NCBI GenBank assembly: GCA_002269645.1
Contig: NIVC01000976.1
Location: 332,415 to 396,414 of the forward strand
Direction: 5' to 3'
From: Macrostomum lignano
Lineage: Eukaryota
DNA length: 64,000 nucleotides
Position 1 is the first letter of the stretch, and each line of letters begins with the position of its first letter. The position numbers were made by a program, and so were the translations under genes. Below are positions 38,801 to 48,700 of the stretch, piece after piece. The notes beneath the pieces are model-generated. The model saw only the letters and a list, made by a program, of their open reading frames with translations, did no database searches and was not told the origin of the DNA.

Positions 38801-39506
38801 TAGAATATTCAGGCAATTTATGTGCTTGCCACTCGGGGATTATGTGCCAGTCTGTATCACTAATTATACTCAACAACATAAAAAAGTCGCCACCTTTGAG
38901 AGTACGCAGTAAATTCCAGCTCAGTATTGACTTTTGAGTGACGCAACTTGCGCCACGCGACGCGACGCGACGCAGAGCTGGGCTGGGTGAGGGGGATTGG
39001 GAAGAGCGGAAGGCGAAGATTGGATGGATTGAAGCTTCTGCCCGGTGTTCATTGCTTTTTCAAGCATTTTTTAATATCAAAATGGTTGGCCAGGTGATAG
39101 ACGCTGGTTGAAAGACACTGGGGCAAAGGGTGGCGACTTTTCAGTGTTGCTGAGTATATATCCATTCACATAACCTACAAGTGGAGCCATATTCTTCTTA
39201 GGCTATTTGTGCAAGGATATCCAAGCTTACCATACTGGCCTCATTTGTAGCCGTGACTTCAACAATGTGAATGCTGATGTTCACGGTCACGGGCACGCGC
39301 TTCTCCAAGTCCGGCCTCACCCGGCTGGTGTAGGGCGGGGCCAGTAGACTGGACGCCAGAGTTGTCAGCGCATACGACTGCGCGCCACTTGCGGTGGAGT
39401 TCAAAGCGGGACTGTCAGGGGGTGCCGCGGTGCTGGCAGTGAACTCGATCAGCAGATACATCAGCAGCAGGAGCAGCAGAAATCCCAGCGCCTGTCTGCG
39501 CTGCAT
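29875..39506 (-). CDS. Cys-loop ligand-gated chloride channel subunit A (GlyR/GluCl-like), 7 exons 39506-39231, 38408-38188, 38066-37984, 37899-37759, 37483-37285, 31062-30873, 30327-29875; 520 aa
   Basis: Signal peptide; YTSRVRP; loop D YFRRIW; loop [12 protein letters not shown]; Cys-loop [15 protein letters not shown]; second disulfide C([11 protein letters not shown])C; M1 [10 protein letters not shown]; anion-selective PAR before M2; M3 [13 protein letters not shown]; M4 [18 protein letters not shown]. All introns are GT-AG and phase-consistent. Confidence 0.93.
32447..33046 (+). CDS. Gag-like ORF of the Ngaro element (probably N-terminally truncated)
   Basis: [10 protein letters not shown]...[20 protein letters not shown] and terminal [33 protein letters not shown] Cys/His finger; overlaps the RT frame. 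Confidence 0.75.
   Translation: MPCLLVKDFVDDLSGQADELLTRGSSGGLVLKKSTTKLDGMTVGQWLSGSMRILLQMLDETSPQVTNKGQPYTPVEQAKDYAQYNIQVAELFDRFPVHRVVRFDHDYRQHRAANSLRWGKDCSQMSIRHLLSTKSDQQNQTARRPQPNKNRIVGPRTSSGRELCLSFNSTNGCSRTNCRFLHACRVCEGNHSEQNHAKD
32962..34700 (+). pseudogene. Reverse transcriptase-RNase H (pol) of the Ngaro element, frameshifted
   Basis: [22 protein letters not shown] (first catalytic D appears as E), LPFG, FIDDFLV, FLGIDID. Frameshift near 34085 to [11 protein letters not shown]...LEWW. RNase [29 protein letters not shown]...ADPLSR, with another shift near 34340. Confidence 0.9.
34722..36345 (+). pseudogene. Tyrosine recombinase of the Ngaro element, interrupted by a LINE and two frameshifts
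   Basis: N-terminal SAM-like part [14 protein letters not shown]...HLAA|VSWF; catalytic R (MLRRAN), K (RSKTNQ), HSLRRGG, GDW and RYL. Shifts near 35670 and in the G-run near 36195. Confidence 0.9.
35005..35584 (+). mobile_element. 5'-truncated non-LTR retrotransposon (LOA/R1-like, I-group) 3' end with (TAAG)n tail and 13-15-bp TSD
   Basis: ORF2 C-terminus [20 protein letters not shown]...[18 protein letters not shown] (CX2CX8HX4C); tail TAAGTTAAGTAAGTAA; TSD GTCACCTCGCAGCCG at 34990-35004 and 35585-35599. Confidence 0.9.
38867..39156 (+). mobile_element. 290-bp MITE with ~33-bp imperfect TIRs and TA target duplication (Tc1/mariner-type), in intron 1 of channel gene A
   Basis: TA|TACTCAACAACATAAAAAAGTCGCCACCTTTG ... 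CAAAGGGTGGCGACTTTTCAGTGTTGCTGAGTA|TA; second copy at 9396-10324. Confidence 0.85.
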
Positions 39507-41058
39507 GGTTGCAAAATTTTAGTGGAAGCGATTTCTTGTGAAACCTTAGGAGTCCGCTAATGAGCTATCAGCCGGGCTGATACGCTGCTGCAAATTTTGA
39601 CTGGCAGCCTTTCTCTACCTGACACAGGACCCTGTTGTTCTAAATACGCCTGCTCAACCCGGCTCTCTCCTCCGTGCCACTAAAGCGAAGAGGCGCCCGT
39701 CGCGCCAGGACGAATCAGCGAGCGAGAGGCTATCGTGCGCACATAAGCAGTTAATATTGTACGCCCAATAATTAACAACTTTTTTATATGCCGCTGGGTC
39801 TCTTGCTCTAAAGGAAGCTGATATGCACTTGAGACCCCGCGGGTGATGGAGACGAGATGGGTAAAAGGCAAGAGATACTACCAAGCAAGTAATTGCATGT
39901 TTCAAATGATGTGGCATGAGAGCGGGGTAAGAAAAGCGAGGCAGAAATCTACATTCAACAATACCTATTTTTGAGCATTGAATTTACATTGCTCAAAATT
40001 CTAGAGTACTCAGGTTATTTCGACCGCCCACAGTCACCAGTAGCATGCGAGAGGTTCTAGTTAAAGTTCATTCATAGTTAATGAATTTGTCAAGCACACC
40101 GGAACCACTGTGCTAGTCAGGTCTAGAAACAGGTAGGCTGTGGGTGCCAGGTGAAGGATGGTTGATCCAGTGCAAAACCAGTGCTTCTGGGTTAAAATTA
40201 AAACAAAACTTCTGCGATTTGAAGGTTGCATCATTAAGGTCGCAAAGTCACATGCTACGAATTTGCATCCCTAATTTGTTGCTAAGACACTATCCTAGCC
40301 TTTCATCTACCTTACAGGCTTACGAATGCACAGCTGACTTATTCAGTGGCTTGTTTGCTTTAGTTGAGGCGGTAGAATTTCAGTCGAAGTTGCTTCAGCC
40401 TAATTGCTTTTTCGAATTGGTTTTTGTTCAATTAGTAGTTTCGGCCGTCATGATCAACATCTACTACTCATCGATGATTCCTCGTTGCTGATGGCATGCT
40501 CCTGAATCGCTGCGGTCGTGAAACTGTGACAGGTGAGCCAAAACCACCTTGATTCTAGGCTAACTTTATATCCCATAAGCAGTTACTTTTGGGTGCCCAT
40601 TTCGGGTGAAAGTTTAGCAAATGCACTCGTACTAATGTGGCTTCCTATGGATATACAAACAAATGATGCTTGGAACTTGCATTGATCATAGCTGAGAATA
40701 AACATGTACATTTCTTTATCGAATAAATATGCAAGAAATCTAAATAAATTACCCGCATCATCAGAATGTAAAGCATGAAGTAGATTAACAGTAAAAATAA
40801 ATGTATCGATTTATTTAACCAGATTCGCATTAAAGAAAAATTCTCGACATTAATTTTAGCTGAATCATACTTAGTAGACTAAGTTACTGTTAATTGTGCT
40901 CTGTGCAAATACAGAAGCTATAGATTATTAAATCACCTGACGCTCATCTTAACTTTAAGCTGCCGGATGGTCAGCAGAGCTGACCATGGACCATCAGCCT
41001 TTACTGCTGGTAATTTTTGGAGTCTATGGTAAAATAAAAGTTTTGTGCTGCACAGTAG

Positions 41059-41522
41059 CCGTTCCTGCCGAGCATGGTCAGCAGCGCTGATCATACGAAA
41101 AATGGGTGAAAAAAGTCCTACTTATCTGCAGTGGAATGCAGCGACTCGGTTTTAGCATTCTCTGTGATTCAGAATCCGATGTATGCAAAATTTCCATGGT
41201 TGCAGCTGATTTACTTTTCAATAAATTGATGCACTACTCGTATTAAGGAGGTGCAGTGCTTTCTCTTTCAAAAAGGCCTGTTTGCCGATTTTAAAGTGAA
41301 CTGTAGTGTCTATTGCTAGACATCGAGTGTACACGCTGCATAATCTATATAGAGAGCATTAAGTGAAATGCACTTTGAAACTGCTTTTTTCGACCCTAGA
41401 TTTGTCCAAGCCAAGTAAGTATAAAATGCTCCCTTCTCGGCTAGAAAGGCTTTGCACAGCGGCGCATTAAGATTCTAGCTATAGTCTATGGTCAGCCCAG
41501 CTGACCATTTCGGCAGGAACGG
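41059..41522. mobile_element. ~460-bp element bounded by ~36-bp inverted repeats, each containing the palindrome ATGGTCAGC-N3-GCTGA(C/T)CAT
   Basis: 41059-41095 and 41487-41522 are reverse complements; a third copy of the palindrome is at 40967-40987. Confidence 0.65.
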
Positions 41523-41779
41523 AGCTTTTGTACGAGTATTTGTAGCTCCGGTGCGAAAAGGTTAAACTTAAGTGTAATTGACAGTGAGCAGACTAATAGG
41601 CGAGTGAGGCTAGATATTTTCAGATGCTTAGTTAGTGACGAAGAGCTTAGTCGGGTGAAGCGTGCTTTGCCTTACGGTAGCTACATATAGAAAGGAACAC
41701 TATTAAAAACATAAAACTATATTTGACTACACGCGCATTAATTGACAGATGTACAACAAACAGCTCAACTGCAGCTATT

Positions 41780-42019
41780 GCGCGGCGCATCTGAAGGCTG
41801 CGGACGGCTGTTCAGTCCGAGGACTGGGGGGGGGGTCGCTACACACACCCTCAATTAACCCAGCTAATGCTGGCACCCATTTTACAGCTGGGTGAACTGA
41901 AGCACTGCAGAGTTAAGTGTGTTGCTCAAGGGCACAAATTGTTCCGAGTGGTGTCGAGAATCGAACCCCCGACCTTTTGAGTCGTGAATCCGACGCTCTA
42001 ACCACTAGGCTACAGCCCC
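41780..42019 (-). mobile_element. tRNA-derived SINE with CORE-like central domain (full-length head)
   Basis: The minus strand reads GGGGCTGTAGCCTAGTGGTTAGAGC (A box)...GGTTCGATTCT (B box), then GTGCCCTTGAGCAACACACTTAACTCT...CAGTTCACCCAGCTGTAAAATGGG, similar to the MIR/CORE consensus; second copy at 52121. Confidence 0.85.
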
Positions 42020-42751
42020 ATTGGCTACAACCCCCAAGGAACACTACACTTTCATTTTATATTCAAACTTGTCGGTAGTAGAGAAATGCATGTAGTGAGG
42101 CGCAGTCAGCTCAGATAGAGGACTTCTAGCGCGGTTATCCTGGAGCGGTAAAACGCAGATTTATGTTCTGGCAGCATCTTCACTGCGGTCAAGTACTTCA
42201 CCCAGAGGGCCTGACCCTATTTAAACTACCAAAAAGATCTTTACCAAACTGCAATATCTTACTTAATTCGTGTGATTCTCGCTAGAGGATGCGTCATCGA
42301 ACAAATAATTAATTCTGTAGTCCTGCAATGCTGCCATTCGTATGTGTTCTAAAAACGTGTGTAAATTTGTTTGATCCGAGGTTATTGACATGATTGTAAA
42401 GCTGATTTTCAGAACTGCTATCGGAGACCAAGTAAACAAAGAAGTCCAAAGAACTTCAAGTAACTGTTGTGTTTGTTAAAACCTGTTCTTAAAAATTAGC
42501 TTTATAAACATATCAAATAACCTCTGACAAAACAAGAAGACACGCGCTTTCTTTTAAATTCAAAATTACAGAATTACAGCAATAGAGAATTACTTCTTAT
42601 TTCGATAATACATCCTGCTGTGAGAACCTGCTTAGCGAGAACTGCACGATTTGCGAATTTCCTATAGTAACCTGCTTCAGTTGTCTTGGGAATATCATAA
42701 AGTTACAAGAGCTCAAGAGTGCACGACTATTTTTTGTCCCTGTTCATGTTT

Positions 42752-45700
42752 CTATGCCGAATTGATGGCTTCGGCCTGCATGGACTTGTAGTAGGCCCAG
42801 TAGACCGTGTTGAACAGCAGGAACGCTGCCGGGAAAATTCGCTTGGCCAGAAAGTCGACAAACTCGGCGTCGGTTCTTCCAGACGGCGGCGGCGACTTGC
42901 TGCAGAGGCAGCCGAGGCTCAGCCAGTGCGCGATGGCGTCCTTGTGCCGGAACAGCCACCCGAGATCTTCCGGTGTTGGCCTACTGTCGCTGGCCTCATC
43001 CTCGCGGTCCGCAGTTGTCGTCGTTGGGATTCCCTCGACGCCGATTTCGTCTTCGGTGCCATTCTTGCTGTCGCTCTGATTGTTGTTTTCCACTTGAGCC
43101 TCGCTAGCTTTTTGGAACTCGGTCTCCACCGTAGTATCGCCCCCCTGCTGAGCCCCTGCAGCGGCCCTGAGCACAGCCAGTTGAGTTGCGTTCTGGAAGT
43201 AGCAATGAGACTTCAAATTTGTATGCATTCATGGCGTAAGCAAACGCAATACAATGTGGAAGCTTAATACCTTGCAGACATTTTCACGCTAGCTGAGAAA
43301 TAATAGCTATGACATAATATAGGCCAAGTTTATTTTTTAAGTTATAGCGGAATATATTTTTCGTCTCGCTTGTACTTTGTACTCTAAACCTGGTGAAACT
43401 GTAAAACTTGCTTGACGGAACTTGCTGGTAAGAGTGAAAGATCTGCAGCGGTAGGAGCGCGATGCGCATAAGAAATAGAAAATTCTAAGAAAGATATTTG
43501 TGCTTGCTCAGTCACTGTCGAGAGTTTACTTTGGTAGAAGGTAAATCACGGGATTTTTCTTTGAATAAACAAATGTACAGCAACTCTGGCTATAGGCAGT
43601 AAAACCCCTCTAAGCTTCACATGCGAGACTGTAAGAGTATAGAGCAATAATATTCTTTATTTGGTCAAAGCTAGAGTATCTATCTGGCTTGCTCTCTTTT
43701 CATCTCGTGCATTTGTCGCGGGCTTAGATAGACAAAGAGAGATCTATCTAAGCAACATAGACAAAATATGCTTGCTTTCTGCAACGCTATCTGCATATAG
43801 CCTTGCATCGGTGGCTCTGTCGATCTGCTGTGTCAACTGTAGCAGCTGTGCGGAGTGACGAGCGGCTCTGCCCCCGTCACCCGCTCCGTGCACTCTGCGC
43901 ACTCACGCAGATCCGGCAAAGTTTGATTAACAAAGCCCAGAGTTTTGGTTTCGCATTTAGTTGAAACAAGTTTTTTTGTTTGAAATTTTACCCGCCTTCA
44001 AATAATTGTGAAAATTGATTGCACTGTTTTTTTCCGCCAATTTCGCGACTAAAGCCTCAATAATATTGATCCGGACATGGCTGACAAATTGGAAATGCTG
44101 GGCAGGTGCGATGCATGTACAACACGGGACCTTTGCAATGTCGCAGAGAATTTCGAAGTGCTTGGTTTAGTCTAAAAGCCTGACCAACTTAATTCTGCTT
44201 AAATTTCGAAGGTTTTAATTGTTTCTAAAACTGACACCGGAAAAATCTGATCAAAGGACAGACTCGCGTATTGAATTGCATCGTGAAGGCTTCAATTTCA
44301 GTTTGTTATGAAGGATCTCAGTCATCTAGTGTTAGGTGTAACAAAACCCCTCTTCAATGCTTTTTATTGCCCAGCCACATGGCGACCCAGTCAGACAGCC
44401 AGTGTCCTTACAGAATAGACTGAGATTAATTAGGTTGGGACATCCATCAAAGTTTTTTTAAAGCCGCTAAAAGCTCCGGTCAGTGCGCCCGACCGCGCGC
44501 TTGTGCGATCACTCAGGCGGATTGGAGAAATTAAAGCGACCTCGCCAGGTTGCGGGCTGCTTGTGGGCTCTGAGACGATGGCGGAAGCATCTGATCTGAG
44601 TATGCAGGCCGGTGCAATGCTGTATGCATGGTCGCATTAGCCCGTATGAATAAAAAGAGTAATTTCTCAGGAGAACATTCTCAAACTCAGAGTCGGAGCA
44701 ATCGCTCAATCGTGAGAATATTCTCTGAGTCTGAGCAAGTGCTCATAGAGGGTATGAATAAAGAATAAACTCAAACTCAAACTCAAAACTCAAAAAAACT
44801 CAAAAGTCAAACTCAAAACTTAAACTCAAATTCTCCGTAGCTTGAGTAAATGATCAGAATGCCTTTGGCCACAGATAAAAATCCTTTATACGGCTTCTGC
44901 CGTTAGACGGTTTTTTACGGCTTCGTATGGCTTCTTACTTACGACTGCTTTTTCACTCGCTTCTCACTTTTGGGAGGTTACATGCGCTAATCTTAAGTTC
45001 AGAAGCAAACATCTAGCCGGTATTCGTCGTCCCGATACACATCTGAGTGATGACGCTCTAAATACAGTTTCCGCCGAGCAGGCGCTACATCAGGCATGTA
45101 TTCGGCCATGCTCCAGAGTTTGAAAATCTCAAGAAAAGCTTTAGCTTTAGCTTTCAGGGGGGTCTTTCTCGAAAGCAACTTACGATCGACCATAGACGTA
45201 AGTTGGGTAAGCTACACTTACGGGTTGCTCGAAGGGCTCGCAAGTTAGCTATGCGTAAGATTGATCGCAACTTTACGAGTTCGTAACTTTGCGCAAAAGA
45301 CTGTTTCTCGAAACGTTCGTATGTCTATGGTCTTTCGTAAGGTTGATCTTAACCCTACGACTGCTCGGTATCAGTCGTAAGACACACTTAAGCACTAATC
45401 GAATAGTACGTGAAGCTTTAGTCAAGCCAAGTCAAGTTAAACTTTATCGAAGGTGGGTCTTTCTCGAAAGCAACTTACTAAGTAAAGATATCGAATATTT
45501 ACAGATTTATGACCATAGACATGCAACTTTTCGTTTCAGATACGACTTACGAACAGCGTAAGCCACGCAAAGTCTAAGTGAGTTTTGAGAAAGCGTCTTA
45601 CGAGCAAACTTACGCTACACGTAAAATCTAACTTACCATAGAACTTACCATTCGAGAAACACCCCCCAGGAGTTTAGCTGTCACGATTTATCTGCTTTTT

Positions 45701-48700
45701 ACACTGCGACTCGTTCTTGAGTCTGCCAGGAGGCTGCCTCAACGTTTTCTGAGCAATTGCTCAGAAATTTAGTCTATGGTAGTAGTTTTATTCTTATTGA
45801 CCTGAGTAATTGCTCAATTTTGGAGTATTTGCTCTGAAATCGGAGAAAATCCTCTTAAGAAAAAATATCATGAGCATTTGCTCATGAGCAATTTCTCAGT
45901 TTATTCATACAGGCCAGAGTAAATGCTTGAGTTGGAGCAGTTGCTCATTTTATTCATATGGCCTTATATCTCTATACGAGCGTAAGAGTATAAAAGAGAA
46001 GTTTCAGAGAAAAGACGCAAAAAGCTGCTACTCTAAGCAATAGGATTGCTGCTTGATTTGGTGTAAACCCAAAGCAGTGCGCTGAGGCAAACTTGAATGC
46101 AACACAAGCTTGGTTTTCTGTGGAAAATGCAGGTTTGACTTGAGCTCTGCGATCAGACCTCGCAGCTGCATACCTCTCCGCCCGGGTGGATCTGGGCTTG
46201 GCTCATCTGTAAATTTTGTTGTCAGTGAATGCATGATAATGCAGCCAGGTAGTTGTCGCATTTCAGCTCCTTTTAAAACATATTTATTTTGAAAGCCAGA
46301 GGAAGTTGCTATCGTGGGAAAAATTTATAGCGTGTATAAGGGATGAATTTGGTACTATGAAAAATCGTCAGATGATTGACGTGGGGTCTCAAATGCCTTT
46401 TATAGCTGCATTATCCACACAAGGCGAAAAAAGAGGGAGAAAGTGAATGCGAAAAAGGAAGCATTTAGCGGTTTTTTCGGAGGCTGAGTGGTTGGGAACA
46501 GCAGGGCGCATACAGGTGCACAGGTGCTGCCCTCACCCGCATCGTGTTGGCCATGCCGAGCAGTTTCTTAGGCCGCTGCCACTTCTCAGCAGTTCGCAGC
46601 ATCCCTGACTTTCGCTGGACCACGTTCACCGCGGCGTACTCGATCAGCGCCATGAAGACGAACGTCAGGCAGCCAGTCAGCCAGACGTCGATGCTCTTGA
46701 TGTAGGAGACCCGCGGCATACCGGACCTGCGGATTTTCGGGTAAACTCAAAACGATACAACTTGAGCTCTGGTGGGTCTTTTCCCAACAAAGATAGTCCA
46801 CAACAATACAAATAGCTAATATAATACAAAATAGTATAAAATCTGCGGCTTATAATTATGCAATAAGAGTGCATAGCAGGATGCATTAGTTTTTCATCCT
46901 TTTCAATCTTCTTCATATTAAGCCAAACTTTATTCTTTAACAAAACTTTAACAAAATTTAATCTTGAAAGTGCTGCACTAAATATTGTTGGGTGCACTTT
47001 GCGAAATCCATTCTCCATTAGATCCACATTCTAGCTTGCAGTTATTCCAAAGGCCCTTTGCGTCCTTTGAGATGACCGCATCTCTGTGTCTGCCCCAGGA
47101 CACTCCTCCAGAAATCTTGTAGGCATTTCTCCTTTAGCTTTGCCAGAAATACCATAATGATCTCTTCTGAGGATTTCTTAACAGACTCAGCCCACTGCCT
47201 ACCTGCTGAATGAGTATGAATTTGAGCCATGCTAATGATTTTTCGAACCCGCTTGCAATCGCATCTGTTTGAGAAGTTTTTTTAGGTTGATTTCGTTCCA
47301 ATTGATGAATAACCTGTTGTAATCGCTACCAAAAGCGTAAGCAGAGACGCGACGAGATATCTGCCATTCAAGGAAATGCACATGGAAGTACCGCATGAAT
47401 GTAAAAAATTCATGCAAATGCGTCATCCCTGTGCCTCACAGAGCGAGCTCTATCGATTCTGATGCCGAGATGAGTGAGGCAGAAAAGAACTCATAAAGCA
47501 AGGAAAAATACAGAGAAAAAGTTACCGCGCGGAAGCTTTAGGGTGAAAAGTTAGACAAAAGCAGGACTAATTCAGCGAGGAGCAGAGCAGAGCAGGTATT
47601 CAGCTTTGTTCAAGCAATAGAATGATACCAGAGCTATGAAACCCATTTCCACCCGTCTGATTCCATTCTTAGATAGGCTTTGTTAGATGAGCCCTAAAGA
47701 CAGCTGCAGCTACGAGATATCTCGTAGTAGAGCAAATACGCTCGTAAAAAACTATATACCAATATTTTGTAGCTAAGCAACTAGGTGTACTCGTATATCA
47801 AAATGTGGAAACAAACTTGCTTTATATGGTGTGGTACAGGATAGAAAGAAGAGCATATTCGACAATAATTGGCAGTAAAATTAGCTCCGATAAACGAAGT
47901 GCTAAAAGTTGACAAATAAATACCAAAGAATTCAAGAATTGGCAAGAACCCAATGTGGAAAAGTTTATGCTTGAATCAATTATCACTCACGTGACACTTG
48001 AGCTCTGTGTAGTGATGGTGAGTACAGTGAGCAGGCTTAGGGTAATCCTGGCTGGTGTTGCGTGATGGTCGATCCAAAAGGACACCCAAGACAGCACGAC
48101 CACGAGAGTGCTGGGAATGTACACCTGGATGAGGTAGTAGTTGAACTTGCGCCTCATGTGCAGACTCACCCGCAGACAGGTGTACTGGCCTGTGAAGAGG
48201 GATTTGATAATAAAGTAGCAAGTCGCATCCGGTACTTTCTAGGATGGAGCGAATTATGTTTGACTCGATACCGAAACTATAGAGTCACTTCGAAGTGATG
48301 TTTGACCTTGCTCTATGCTACTTTCAGTTTTTATCATTTTAATGATAACTTCAATAATGCGTGTTGCAAAACCTGAGCGTGACCTCAGCAAATCTGCATA
48401 GTTTTCATCAATAAGCTAGTCATTAGGCTTTCCCGGACTCACCCGTCACCTCATATCCGGTCGTGCAGTCATGCATCGTAGACTTGACTACATCATACTC
48501 CGGCAGGGATTTGGCTACGTCGCTCAACACAACTGCGGCGGCGCTGTTCCAGCGCAGAATGATGTCCGTAGTGGGGTATCCGTCTGCAGGTTGGCATGAA
48601 GGAAAGTAGTGAGTCAGAAGTTATGTACACCTTGACTTGCTTTGTTAACTACCCATTTAAACGTTGTTTGATGTTGCAACCAACTACGAGCCACTGTACC

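Noticed and set aside
41950-42019. tRNA gene (also 52580-52650)
   Set aside because: A and B boxes are present, but the stems do not close into a cloverleaf and both run into SINE bodies with other copies in the window.
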